Source of the DNA: Azolla caroliniana
Lineage: Eukaryota > Plantae > Polypodiophyta
Reading direction: 5' to 3'
Length of the DNA: 64,000 bases
Assembly (NCBI GenBank): GCA_043228905.1
Contig: JBHGNT010000004.1
Location: forward strand, 8,680,001 to 8,744,000
Below the pieces are notes generated by a model. That model searched no databases. It was not told the DNA's origin and saw only the letters and a program-made list of their open reading frames with translations. The translations under genes were made by a program, and so were the position numbers. This document shows, in pieces, positions 46,869 to 60,700 of the stretch. Every line of letters begins with the position of its first letter. Within the stretch, counting starts at the first letter, position 1.

Positions 46869-49800
46869 GATGATAAAAAAATGACAGGAACTACATGCTC
46901 CTATGAACAACGCTCAGCCACAACCGAGCTTAGAATCAAACACAGGAAAAACGGGGAAGGAATGTATGTCACGATGGAGAGAAGAGTACACAGGATGTTT
47001 ACGTGGAAAACCCAAACTAGGGAAAAAACCACGGCAGCCCACAGGCTGCAAACTATCACTATGTTACAATGCACAACAGTAAAGCACCGAGGCAACAACC
47101 TCGAGCTCTCTATCTTCGCCATAGGCGGCGGTTACAACAGAGGCAACGACCTCTTCCTCTCTCTCTCTCTCTCTCTCTGTACACTGTTATGCTCTCTCTA
47201 GTCTTGCGCCAACAAGAATGACAACAACTTGACTCTGTCTTGCCCTAAGTCATATTTATACTAATATGACTTTTCGGCTATTTACAAATATAGCCCCGAA
47301 GGACTCTTAGAGACATATTTACAAATATGTCCCTTCATCCGGTAAGCGCTCCTCACCGGGCCTGCATTATCCGGCTCTTGCCGGGCACTTGTCATCCGGT
47401 TCTCACCGGGTCATCCATAGTCGGGTACTCTTCATCCGGTTCTCAGCGGGTCTTCACCATCCAGCTCTTGCTGGGTACTTCTCATCCGGTTCTCACCGGG
47501 TCTTCCGTTGCCGGGTACTCCACATCCGGATTCCCACTGTTCTTCTCACTTCCCATCCGGAGGGACATGTTTCCTAACAAAAAAGATATATATTATGTTA
47601 AGAGAATATACAATAGTAGCTAGGAGGCTTAAGACTGGTGTTGAACCGATTTGGTTCGAAATAATGCTTTGTGCCTCCTTTTATAGTGTTCTTAGGAGTA
47701 CTCTTGAAGTTTCTAGAATGTTCTAGAGAAATCTAGAATATACATCAATTTTGTATTACAACAAATAATCTAATGGGCAAGAGCTCGACCCATGTAACAT
47801 AAAGTCATGGGTTCGAGTCTTGCCATATCATGACACTATGCCCCTTTTAAAACGACGAGTGTCACGAATCGTTTTGGATTGAGGACCCGGTTTGTCTGGA
47901 TATTCACAATGGAAGTCTTCAGGAAGAGCACGAGCATTGGTGACATTCTGTATTGGTTCCCAAGTATGCTCGCTGGGACTATATCCTAGCCAATAGACTA
48001 AATAGTAGAGCTTGTTGCGAACAATCTTGGAATTGAGGATGGGGACAACCTCATACTCAGGTCCATCTTCAAGTTCGATAGGGGGTCGAGGTTGTTTAAT
48101 ACGACCTGGGATGGTGCTGTCTTGATAGGGTTCAAGGAGAGAACTATGAAACACCGAATGTATCCAAAGTTGTGGAGGTAGATCGAGACGAAAAGTAACA
48201 TCATTAATTTTTCTGATAATACGGAAAGGACCTAATCGCCAATAATCGAACTTCTCGCATGGGCGAGTAGTCTTGATGTGTCGTTGAAGTAGCCATACCT
48301 GATCTCCAATGTTAAAACTGGATGGAAGCCAATGACGATCCGCGTAAACCTTGTGTGTTTGTTGAGCTTGCTATAGATGAGTAGATAAATTCATTCGCTT
48401 GTATCTTGCGTAACTGCTCCAAACGATCCTCTGCGCAAGGATTTGTGGATAACTCTGGGGTTTCAAATACACACCACCAGGGGTGACAACCTGTATAAGG
48501 TGTAACCTTTGTTGATGAGTGGACAGAGTTATTATACGCAAATTCAGTGAAGTGGAGAATATCTGCCCAATCATCTTGATGATAGCTTAGAAAGCATCAA
48601 AGATATTGCTCCATCGTTTGATTTGTTCGTTGTGCTTGGCCGTTTGTTTGCGGGTGGTAGTCGGAGGAGAGCTTACAAGTGATCTTGAGCATTTTAAAGA
48701 GGTGCTTCCAAAAGATCGAGACGAACCGAGGTCCATAGTCGCTGATGATACTATCGGGAAGGCCATGATGCTGACATACTTCATGCATGACAGTTTCAAC
48801 GGTTTCCTCACTAGAGATTTCCTTAGTACATCGAATCCCTTAGAGACCGGAAGATCTGTGATGAAATCTAGGGCAATGGATTGTCACGGCTTGCTTGGAA
48901 TTGGTAATAGTTCTAATAAACCATATGGATGATGCCTGGGCATTTTTGCTCTGCAACATTTATCACAAGTCCGAACAAAATCTTCGACAAATTGTCGCAT
49001 ATGGGGCCACTAGAATGATCGTTGTACTACATCTAATGTTTTAGTACTACCAAATTACCCATATGTATATGTGTCATGACAGTTTTGGACTACTCGAAGG
49101 CGACAAGAACCATTAGGAACATACAACAGTTTCTTAAAGAATAGTAATCCATCATGACATTCGAATTGTCGATAATTTGTACCTAGTTGTTGCGACTGTG
49201 AACAAGATGCTCGAGAGGGATCAATTTGTGCTAGAATGGCTTGGGAGAAAGCATTTGTCTTCAAGTCCTCACGTATGGTATTGATAACGTGGGAATCCAA
49301 GGGCATTCCGAAGACTTGTGTTGCTTGCAGTCGTGCTGGTCCCAGGATTACTTGCTTGTGGTTATCGAAAGCTGGCTCGTTGGGACGCGATGCTAGATAC
49401 GAACACCGTGATAATGCATCTGCCTTCCCTTGGTGCTTCCCCGAACGATATGTAATTTTGAAGTCGAAACACGTGAGGAATTGGGTCTACCGAGCTTGAC
49501 GTCGATTTAACACACGAGCACTCTAGAAGTAGGCAAGGTTTTTGTGATCACTGAATACGGTGACTTGATGAGAGGATCCCTCTAGAAAATGCCTGCATTG
49601 CGCAAAAGAGTCCACTATTGCTAATAGCTCCTTATCATGAATTTCATAATTGATTTCGGAGGCGTCAAACTTGCGTGAGTGGAAAGCCATAGGATGGAGC
49701 TTTTCATCATCGCCTTGTTGTGACAGAATGCTACCCAACATGAAATCTGATGCGTCTACTTCGATGATGAATGGTTTTTCTGGATCAACATGAGCCAGAA

Positions 49801-50853
49801 TAGGAGCTGATGTAAATGCCTTCTTAAGACCCTCAAAAGCCATGTCTACTTCTTCAGACCAATCAAACGATTGTCCCTTCCTGGTGAGCTGTGTGATAGG
49901 CAGAACAAGCTTTGAGTAATCATGTATAAATTTGTGGTAGAAATTGGCAAAGCCTAAAAAGCATTGCACATCTTGCAATGAACGTGGAGTCTGTCATTCT
50001 GCCACTGTTTTGAGCTTAGTCGGATCCATGGAGATGCCTTCCGAGGAAATGACATAGCCCAGAAATTCTACCTAGTTGCACTCGAAACTACATTTTTCCA
50101 ACTTTGCATAAAGACCATGTTCTCGAAGTCGTTTTAGTACTAACAGTACATGAGAATCATGTTCTTCTTGGGTCTTCAAATAAACCAGTAGATCATCCAA
50201 ATAGATGAATAAACAAACATCCAAGAGATCTCGGAATATATCATTTGCCATGCACTAGAAGACTGTTGGCGCATTAGGGAGGCCGAATGACATGACCGTA
50301 TACTCAAAGTGCCCATATCTGGTGCGAAACGCGGTCGTCCATTCATCTCCTGGTCGGATCCGTATGAGGTTATATGATCCTCGTAAGTCGATCTTTGTGA
50401 AGAACTTTGCACCATTGATCCGTTCTAAAAGACTTGAGATAAGGGGAAGTGTGTACCTATTCCTAATGGTGACCTTATTTAAGCCACGGTAATCTACGAG
50501 GAGACGAAGTGATCCATCCTTTTTCTTGACGAAGAAAATGGGTGCGCCGGATGGAGATTTTGAATGTCGAATGAAACCATTTGCCAAATTCTTCTCTGTA
50601 TCGGCTAAAAGGACTTCTAGCTCGGTTGGCAATTGATGTAACGAAATGGTTGTAATCTTATGACTAGATCCTCGGGTTTGTCGATATTGGATTTCTCTTG
50701 TTCTCCAATCTATGTTTGGGTTATGTAATTCGAACCATGGTAATCCTAAAACAATGGGATGTTCTAGGATACTAATTATATTAAATGATACTACACACGC
50801 TAAATTATCTAGGACAATATTAAAAGGCTCGGACTCTTCTATGATATTTCCGA
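46731..50853 (-). mobile_element. Degenerate chromoviral gypsy: 3' LTR 46731-47835, chromodomain, IN, RH, RT; cut at 50854
   Basis: EYEVVPILNSK...[52 protein letters not shown] next to the LTR. Confidence 0.88.
46882..47579 (-). mobile_element. Solo LTR of the copia A/B/C family
   Basis: TG...CA ends, TSD AAAAA, shared AGTCATATTAGTATAAATATGACTTAGGGC block, CCGG repeats. Confidence 0.85.
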
Positions 50854-52342
50854 TGTCGTGAAGATTTTCGGCAATGGTGTGAAAATCGCGTAAAACATAC
50901 GAAATCGAGTATGAATCATATAAAACAATAATAGTCAAAATACTATTTTAAATCAGTTTCATATCTTAGTACAAAAAGATGGAGGTCTTCAAGAGCTTTC
51001 GAATGCACTTTACTACATAAGAAACGAACATCTAAGTCTCAAGTTATGTGGGTAGGAAGTTTACAAAGGAAAAGAGAAAGATAAAATTGTGAGATATCCC
51101 ACATAGACAGGACAAATAAGGATCTCACCATATATAAGGCAGAGCAAAAGCTATTATCTTTGTGTCTATGTGTGGAGCATAGAGAGTTCAACGAACATCT
51201 AAGTCTCAAGTTATGTGGGTAGGAAGTTTGCAAAGGAAAAGAGAAAGATAAAACTGTGAGATATCCCACATAGACAGGACAAATAAGGATCTCACCATAT
51301 ATAAGGCAGAGCAAAAACTATTATCTTTGTGTCTATGTGTGGAGCATAGAGAGTTCAAGGTGACTTGAACTAAGCTCGTTGGATAAGTAGGTCTGGCCTA
51401 ACTACTTGTAAAAGATTTTAACCAACCAAAACCGACGGCAACTGGCGACCAACAAGTAGCGACTGGCCGGTTACCGGCAAGTGACTAGGGATGAGGACCG
51501 AACGAAATCGGGATGCGGACTGGGCCGGACCAAACGGATGTAAATCAGACGGATTGGTCGGGTCGGTTGATCGCGGTGCATGGTGTCTTAAAGATATTTG
51601 GTCCAAAAGCCTAATAGTATTTTGTGTAACCAACCAAAACCGACGGCAACTGGCGACCAACAAGTAGCGACTGGCCGGTTACCGGCAAGTGACTAGGGAT
51701 GAGGACCGAACGAAATCGGGATGCGGACTGGGCCGGACCAAACGGATGTAAATCAGACGGATTGGTTGGGTCGGTTGATCGCGGTGCATGGTGTCTTAAA
51801 GATATTTGGTCCAAAAGCCTAATAGTATTTTGTGCATAAAAGAAAAAGATGTAAGCAAAACTCGAACTTTGCACCTCCAAGATAGGAAATAATAGGCTTA
51901 CCATTAAGCCAAGCCATTGTTTTAGGTATTATATTTTTATCATTATAGCTTTACATGTAAATTCTCATATTAGAGCTCGATTGAGTGACATGTGATGCAT
52001 GAGCGCCAAATGGCAAACATGCATCACCTGCATTCCATGCATTGTATGCATGTCTTGTACCCTCACATGCATCATATGCATGGGAGCATCTATAATAGGG
52101 TGGATGAAAAATATCAAAGGGAGCTTTGTACTTTATATCAAAATTAATATTAAGAAGAAAATTCGTTATCCAATTGATGTATTAATCAGGAAATTAAAAG
52201 TAAGAACTTCGATATCCAATTGATGTATCAATCTTGTTCTTAAAATCTGAAGTCAAGAGTTCAATCTTAATCTCTCTCAATCTAAAGTCAAGCGTTCTAT
52301 CTTATCTCAATCTCTCTCTCTCAATCTACCTTAATTCCTTTC
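50854..52342 (+). repeat. Partial gypsy-type LTR with tandem duplications of 167 bp (51023-51358) and 208 bp (51419-51834)
   Basis: Starts TGTCGTG. Shares blocks with the LTR at 55146. Duplications read directly. Confidence 0.7.
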
Positions 52343-53645
52343 TGTCATAGACATATGCCACGAAAGAAGGTAGGGATGGAACCCAAGACCTCATGGTCTC
52401 TATTGGGCAACCCTACCACTTGAGCTACATATGCATCCTTATATTTAATTCAACTTCATATAGTGTAGATTGAACATTGGAAGTTCCTAGCTTGCATCCA
52501 TCCTCATGCATACTTTATTTCTAGCTGGCTTACATAGCCCTACCTTCTTGTATAAATACTCATGTGCACCTTGATTCTAATTAAGGTGAACAAAACAAGT
52601 TATGGGTTCTATAAGTTGAGTTCTTGTTCTTTTACTCTCTCTTGTTCTCTAGTATTATCTTTGTTCTACTCTATTATACTTGTCCGTGACAATTTGTTCA
52701 CCTTCCTTTTCTTGGTACAATGTTTGACTCCATCGACAACCTAAACCAAATCATGGCAACCTTGCAACAACTTCAACTATAGAATGAAATCCTTTGGGAA
52801 TCATTACCAGAGTTGCAATCCGGCACTTGAAGAAATCCAGTAGCCGCCGAGCACAACCACTGTCGACACGTAACCCGACCACGTCCTCTTCTCATCCATT
52901 TGTCCTCGAACCAACCATCAACCTACCTGACAAATTCAACGGCACGAGGGCATACCTTCGCGGCTTCATCAACCAAATTTGGCTTATCATCCGATTACAG
53001 CCCCAACGGTATGCTAGTGACTTTTCTCGGGTTGGGCTTGTCGGCACGCTTCTCTCTAGGCCAACGCAAGCGTGGTTTGCACTCTTGACCGATACCTCAT
53101 CCCCTCTCTTGGAGGACTTCACCGCTTTCATTAACGAGCTCGAAGAGACATTTGGCGAGACAGATCGGTGATGAACGACACTCACAAAGCTTTATTCTGT
53201 CCAACAAGGCTCACGTCTTGCCTCGGTCTACACCTCAAAGTTTTGCAAGATTGCTTGTGATGTTAGTTGGGATGACCAAGCCCTATGCAACCATTTCCGT
53301 CCCGGTCTTCGAAATGATGTCAAGACTCTTCTCTTAAACTTCCCGGATCCCACATCGTTCTCTCAAGTAATCTCCCAAGTTGTCCAGTGTGACAATCGTC
53401 TTTTTGAACTTCGTCAAGAAGAACGGGGGACTCGCGGATCTCAGGCTTCTTCTAAGAACGCAACAATCGCCAGGCCCGACTTGTCGCCCACGCCAACCTT
53501 ACCATCAGTCAGTGAAACCCATACCACAATGGAGGTTGAGTCCCATACCGATGGAGATCGACCATGCTCGATTCCAACCACTCACTGAAGCCCAACGCCA
53601 ACATTGTTGGGATAATGGACATTGTGTCTATTGTGGCAACCCCGG
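52343..53645 (+). mobile_element. Chromovirus-type gypsy 5' end: LTR 52343-52691, self-complementary PBS, degenerate gag
   Basis: LPDKFNGTRAYLRGFINQ, PIPMEID, CVYCGNPG. PBS 52693-52704 is complementary to 52583-52594. Confidence 0.85.
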
Positions 53646-55145
53646 TGTCGTAGTGTAATTCGCACACTACGTGAAAAATTACATTTTTGGTCTCTCCGGA
53701 TAGGACATGGAGTACCCAATGAGAACCAGAAGAAGGAACCGGTAAGGACCAAAACCGGTAAGGAGACCCGGCAAGAGCCGGATGAAGAAGGCCGGTGAGA
53801 GTCTCTCACCGGATCAAGAGACATATTTGTAAATGGAAGAAAGTATAAAAATATATATATTACATGCATAGGGCAAGATTCGAACCTTGCACCTCCATGT
53901 TAATAATGTTAAGCCTTATTATTATACTAGCGTATTATGAATTTTAAGGTTATACTAAACTTTATCCCATGTAAAATTTCTAGACATGCATGGTACAAAA
54001 AGTTATTCATGCATAGACATTCGAGTTAAAAAGAAAAGATGAGATACAAAGTTAATCATGGACATGCAGTGTGCATGAAAACTAAAGATAGGAAAAGTAT
54101 GATGCTTGCATGTGATAAACTTAGACTCTTCCAACACTATATAAGGAAGAGAGAAAGATGTATAGGGTTGTTGATTATTTTACAAGGGTTGATTAATATA
54201 ATATAATCGTGGGATCCACGAGTTTGCTAACTATTTTTCTCTCTTAATTTGAGTACTCACTAATACACTATACTCGTGGGATTCACGAGTTTTTCATATC
54301 TTTCTTTCTTACAATATATTTCATATTCTTAATTGCCTTAGAATTTTCTTTCCTCCTAATCCAAAACCCCAGTGGTTCCCACCCGACTCACGCAACGATC
54401 TGGAACCGAAAGGCAAGACACAAGTGGTGAACCCGACGTGAAGACGGGTGGCAAGGAGATGGAAAATCAACTGGAGGCTAACAACATGATGATGTTCGAG
54501 CGGATGCTTCAAGAACAACATGCGATGTCGGAGATAGCGGCGGCAGTAGAGCGGCTCGTGCAACGGATCGGGCAATTCAACGGGAAGGACGCATCGCGCT
54601 ATCTTCGGGACTACAAGGTGAAAATGATACGATGCGGGATTTAGGAAGGACTACAAGTTACATCCTTCAACCGGGTAGCTACCAACGGGCTTCAAGCAAG
54701 TATCCACGTGCTATGACAACAAAATCCGATGTGGGAAGCATTTGAAGAGACGCTAAAGACCACGTTCGCTATCGAGGACTCCTCCAAGGCAACGCGGAGA
54801 GGATTCGAGGATTGGGTAGAAACGCCGGACAAGGGGATGAAGGTCCTCGATGTGTTTTCGGCATTCGAAAGTCGGTTCGGGAGGTTGTCTGCGAGAGATC
54901 AAGCAATCCTCGCACCGGACAAAGTTATCATGTTCTTACGAGCCGTAGACGTCCGGGACCGGAAGGATCTTGGAGTGCTTCTAGAGGACACGACTACCGA
55001 GAGCAGCCTCACCGAAACATGGGAAAGCGTGCGGGATATAGTCGCGCGATACACAAAGAGGGGGCAATGGCTTGCCAACGAAGAAAAGAGGGTTTCGGAA
55101 CCGATTCCGAAACCGAGATCCGGATCGGAAGACCATCAACCGCGG
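53646..55145 (+). mobile_element. tRNA-Trp-primed gypsy 5' end: LTR 53646-~54422, PBS 54425-54440, partial gag
   Basis: TGGTGAACCCGACGTG. IGQFNGKDASRYL...RKDLGVLLED is homologous to the other two gag copies. Confidence 0.85.
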
Positions 55146-56538
55146 TGTCGTGTGAATCTTCACACACTATGTTAAAAAATAATAAAATAATTATTATAGA
55201 TTAGATTAGTAGCTTACTATAGAAAGATGGATATACTCAAGAGCTTCAAAATGTATTTTACTATATACAAAATGGAGAAATACATATCAAGTTATGAGAA
55301 AATGAAGTTTGATTAGATAGAGAAATTAGAACTATCCCACATAGATAGGAAAGTTAAGGCCCTGGCTATATAAACACCTTGAGCTCCCTCATTTTTCATT
55401 TGTGCTAAGAGCACTTTGGCCACTTTGTCTTGATGGATGATGGTGGCCAAATTCCCTAACACCGGAAACCGGCCGATAAGCAAATCTGGAAAACGGGTCC
55501 GGTAAGCAAAAATACGGAAACTAGTCGGTATGCAATCCGGAAACCGGCCGGTTTGTAAAACCGGAACTGGCTTGCAAGCAAATCGGAACCAAAACGGGTA
55601 TGCAATCCGGAAACCGGTCGGTATGCAATCCGGAAACCGGCCGATATGCAAAACCGGAACCGGTCGGCAAGCAAACCGGAACCGGAACGGGTATGCAAAC
55701 CGGAAACCAGCCGGTAAGCAAAACCAGAACCGGCCGGCAAGCAAAACCGGAACCGAAACCGGCAAGCAAACCGGAACCAGCCGACAAGCAAAATCGAAAC
55801 CAGAACCGGCCGGCAAGCAAAATCGGAACCGGAACCGACCGGCAAGCAAAATCAGACTGGCTACCGGACGAGGTTGGACGTGGACGGACGAAAGATTGGA
55901 TCATGCAACAAACTAAAGTAAAGTGAAGAGAACTAAAGTAAAGGCCATGTGGACACAAGCAACTAAAGAAGGAGTGCATGGAAAAAGTAAAGGTCATGTT
56001 GACAGTCACATGCAACCAAAAGAAAAAGCTAGGCAACTAAAAGTAGAGGCCATGCAACAAAAAGTGAAAAGGCTATGATCAAGAGAGAACTCCATATTTA
56101 TTCCATTTTTTTCCTACACTAGGGGGGACTCTCCATGTTATCTTAATTTTCTTTTCTTTTCTTTGGGAGCTCTCTTATATTATCGAAGCCAATAACCCTA
56201 AATTTATATACGGAAGTTATCTCTCAAGTAAACCATAATTTCCATACGGAAGCAAGCTCTCAAAATCCAAAATTCCTTGTCAAAGCCATATCACTCAAGA
56301 ATCATAATCTCTTATTTCCTCTGATCTATTATTCTAATCATCTCCATAAGATAAAACTTTTGTAATCCCAATCTTGGGATTGATTGTAATCTTTCTTTCC
56401 CTTTTATTAATGAAATTTGTTAATCTTTCTCATTTCGGTTAATTCTTAGTACATAAATACACGAATTTGATATCCTCTAGACAAAGGCCCCGGGGTCTTG
56501 CCTCAACGTTCACGTATCCTCGTCGTATTTTCGCGACA
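55146..56538 (+). repeat. Complete LTR of the terminal gypsy family in + orientation (left arm of a large palindrome)
   Basis: TGTCGTG...CGCGACA, reverse complement of 56542-57762, internal AACCGG repeat array. Confidence 0.9.
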
Positions 56539-57799
56539 TCTTACGACGAGGATACGTGAACGTTGAGGCAGGACCCCGGGGCCTCCGACCAGAGGATAAT
56601 CACATTTGTACGTTTATATTTTTAACAAATAACAGAAAGAAGAAATTTAATAATTTTCATTAACAAAGGAAAAAGAAATTACAATGTCCCAAGATTGGGA
56701 TTTAGAAGTTTTAGGTTTACTAAGATTAATAGAAAAGAAAAATTAGGGGTTTTGAGAGATATGGCTTCCGTAGGGAAGATTAGGATTAGGTTGTATGAGT
56801 ATTATGGCTTCCGTAGGGAAGATTAGGGTTTTTGAGTGTTATGGCTTCCCTAAGATAAGAGAGTTGAGAAGGACAAGAAAATTAAGATAATATGGAAAGT
56901 GCCTCCTCGTGTAGGAAAAAAAAATGGAATAAATATGGAGTTCTCCCTTGATCATAGCCTTTCCACTTTTTGTTACATGGCCTCTACTTTTAGTTGCCTA
57001 GCTTTTTCTTTTGGTTGCATGTGACTGTCCACATGACCTTTACTTTTCCCATGCACTTCCTTCTTTAGTTGCTTGCGTCCACATGGCCTTTACTTTAGTT
57101 CTCTTCACTTTACTTTAGTTTGTTGCATGATCCAATCTTTCGTCCGTCCGCGTCCAACCTCGTCCGGTAGCCGGTTCCATTTTGCTTGCCGGTTAGTTCT
57201 GGTTCCGGTTTTGCTTGCCGACCGGTTTCCGGTTTGGTTACCGTCGAGTTTCCGGTTTTGCTTACCGGCCAGTTTCGGTTTTGCTTACCAGCCGGTTTTC
57301 TATTTTGCTTGCCGGCCGGTTTCCGGTTTGTATACCCGTTCCGGTTCCGGTTTGTTTGCCGGCTGGTTCCGGTTTTGCATACCGGCCGGTTTCCAGATTT
57401 GCTTACCGGCGAGTTTCTAGATTTGCTTACCGGACCCGTTTTCCGGATTTAGGGAATTTGGCCACCATCATGCATCAAGACAAAGTGGCCAAAGTGCTCT
57501 TAGCACAAATGAAAAATGAGGGAGCTCAAGGTGTTTATATAGCCAGGGCCTTAACTTTCCTATCTATGTGGGATAGTTCTAATTTCCCTATCTAATCAAA
57601 CTTTATTTTCTCCTAACTTGGTATGTATTTCTCCATTTTGTATATAGTAAAATACATTTTGAAGCTCTTGAGTATATCCATCTTTCTATAGTAAGCTACT
57701 AATCAAATCTATAATAATTATTTCATTATTTTTTTACATAGTGTGTGAAGATTCACACGACATTCGCCCCCACCAAACCTGCACATCCACCGGTATGTG

Positions 57800-60700
57800 C
57801 CAATTTTGGTGAGGATTCATGTTTGTTTACTATACTTTTTCATCGATGCTTAAGACTAAATCATCAAAAGCTTCGAATCCAATTTCTATTCTATCTCTTC
57901 TCTTGAAGATCTTGATTCTTTTACCGGCAATTGGCAAGGCAAGTGGTGTACCATCCAGTTCTACTAAATGATATGTTGCATTATCTTCCACTTTCTTCAC
58001 CACATATGCCCCAAACCATCGTTGTACTATGTTGGTTATCTAGGCTACTGTCATAGACTAGCACCAAATCTCCTTCAACGATTTTCCTCGGCCGAAGTCG
58101 ATGTCGTTTATCGAAGTCTTTCTTGTTCTTTAGCCTTGCATTCTTTAGCCGCGCTTTAGCCACCTCTACATCTTCCAAATTCCGCTCTAATTGTCGAATC
58201 CTCAATGCTAGAAGATCTTCTCTACTTATATCATCTTGCCATGGCAATGCAAACCATGAAATAATACTTTGGTCTACCGGCATTATTGGCTTTTGTCCGA
58301 ATATGAGCTCTGTCGGCATGTATCCCGTCACCGTGCTATGAGTAGTCCTGTCAGCCCATAATGCAAATGGCAATAGACGTGGCCATTCTCCTATTTTCCC
58401 ATGGCAAGCTTTCACTAGAGCCTTCACAATCGGTCCATGTCCACGTTCCACCTTCCCATTTGCTTCCGGATTATACGCCATGGTAAGAGATAATTTGATT
58501 CCCATCCTCGAGAAGAATTCTCTAGCTTCATTGGCGTCCAACTCGCCTCTATCAGCCACTATCTTGCCGACGCATCCATATCTGCAAATAACATCTTCAA
58601 GAAGGAATCAGCATACCGATGATGTCTCCTTAGTTCTTAATGCTTGCCCTTCAACTTGATTGGTAAGATCCTCTCTCGCGAGCACAAGATACTTCATCTG
58701 CCATCGTCCCATTGGCATCATCACTATGTCCACCATCCACTTGTAATGCATAGCCAACGGGTAAGTCGGATGAAGTCCATCTCGATGGCAAATATTCGAA
58801 AACATTTGACATTCCTTACATGTTTCCACATAAGCTGCTACATCTTTGTAGATGCCCGGCCACCAATATTTCTCCTTAAGCTTCGCAAACGTAGCCCATA
58901 TTCCTCGATGGCCTGCAAAAACACTATCATGAAATTCGGACATTAGTTTTTGTTGGTCTTCTAGCTTGCAGACAACTCTCATCGGAGTCCCATTCTTCTT
59001 TTTTGCATGCTTCCAAAGAGCTCCATCCTTAAGGAAATACTTGTATGCTTTCTTCCGAATTCGATGGAAGTCTTCCGTCGACCATGATTCATCTTTTTGG
59101 AGAGAACTCAAGTATTTCCCGATCTCCACGAATTCGCCTTCGTAGTCCTCTTCTATGAAAGTAATCAACACCCGAGCATAGGAACTTGCAAAGAAATCCA
59201 AGCCAACATCATCTTCATCAGAATGTCGATCTTCTTCTCCGTCGTATCTCACTCGTCATAGCATGTCTGCAACGACATTACGCTTCCCAGCTACATGACG
59301 GATCTCCGGGTTGAGTGATTTGATATATGCAATCCAACGCGACATGGCAATATCCAGTGTATTACAACCAGATATCATACCCAAAATTGGTAGGCAATCT
59401 GTCTCAATTATGACTTCTGCTCCAATAAGGTAATCACGATCAGATTTGATTGCTGAGACGATCCCCCATAGCTCCCTCTTCACTTGGGCATACCTTCTTT
59501 GCCTGTCACTTAACACTTTCGCGCCAAACCAAATTGCATATCGGTTACAATCTTCATCTTCTTGGTTGATAACCCATCCAATTCCGATTGGACTAGTATC
59601 CACAGTCACGAAAATGGGCTTGCCGTATGAATAGTCCGCTTTCCGTAATGCAGGTGCCTCCATCAATAATTTCTTCAGCCTTCGGATGGCGATTGTATGC
59701 TCGCTCGTCCATTCGAACATCCGCTTCTTCTTTAGTAGACCATATAATGGCTCAGCAATGTGGGCGTAGTGTGGAATCCAAATATGATAAAATGCGCATG
59801 CTCCAAGGAACCTTCGAACCTCTGTTTGGGTTACACATTCTTCTTTCATGTCTTGGATTGCATTCACCTTGGATGGCGAAGGCTTCCGACCATATGCTCC
59901 ACACAAGTGACCTACCACCAGGATCTCCGGTTGCCCGAATGCGGATTTTTCTCCCGAAAATGTCAAATTCGCATCTTCGAGCCTTTGGAGCACCTTCTCG
60001 CAATCTTTCATATGATCCATGACGAAATTTCTACATCCATCCTTCTCTTCATCCGAACATCCTTTTATCGGAATATCATCTAAGAATGGCATCGTGATAT
60101 CCGGGATGCAGTCCTTCAAGACCTTGTTCATGGCATTCACCATATGAGCCACCAAGTTCGTTGCGCCTTGAGGTAAGGTACACATCCGCACCAACCCGAT
60201 TGGAGTTCTCATGGTTGTAATGTCACGACTGTCGACCGCCAACTGGAATTGATCGTAGCCAGAGTAAAGATCGCCGATGGAGTAGATGGACCGGCCTGCA
60301 AACGCCTCGGCAAATTCATCCACACTCGGACCGATTCCAGCATTCCGAATTGTCACCTTGTTGACGGGTTGAAGATCTTGAATGAATCGCAACGATCCAT
60401 TCTTCTTTGGCACCGTGAACCACCTATTAGAATAAGGAGCGTTCGATGGTTCTAGAATTCCCATCCTCACCTTCTCCTTTAAGAGCTCGATCAGCTTCGG
60501 TAGGTGTGCTCTCGGAACCGGTATCGGTTTCAAATTCCAAGGCACATGCGGCACCGTGAAGATCACCATTGGTTCTACCGTCCTTGGATTAGCACACCCG
60601 ATTTCTTGTGGGAAAAACGCGAAAGGCTTCCCATGTCTTTCAAGCATTCCACGAAACATCCGCTCCTCTTCAGGGAGGAGGAAATCCTCCCTTCCAACTC

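Noticed and set aside
56740-56835. TTAGGG-like words in the gypsy LTR (also ~63690-63780)
   Set aside because: These are isolated TTAGGGTTTT words within LTR sub-repeats, not a tandem telomere tract.
55313-57595. Repetitive ORFs (PAGSGF/RFRF-rich, 100-180 aa)
   Set aside because: They are translations of AACCGG tandem arrays inside LTRs and are open in several frames on both strands.
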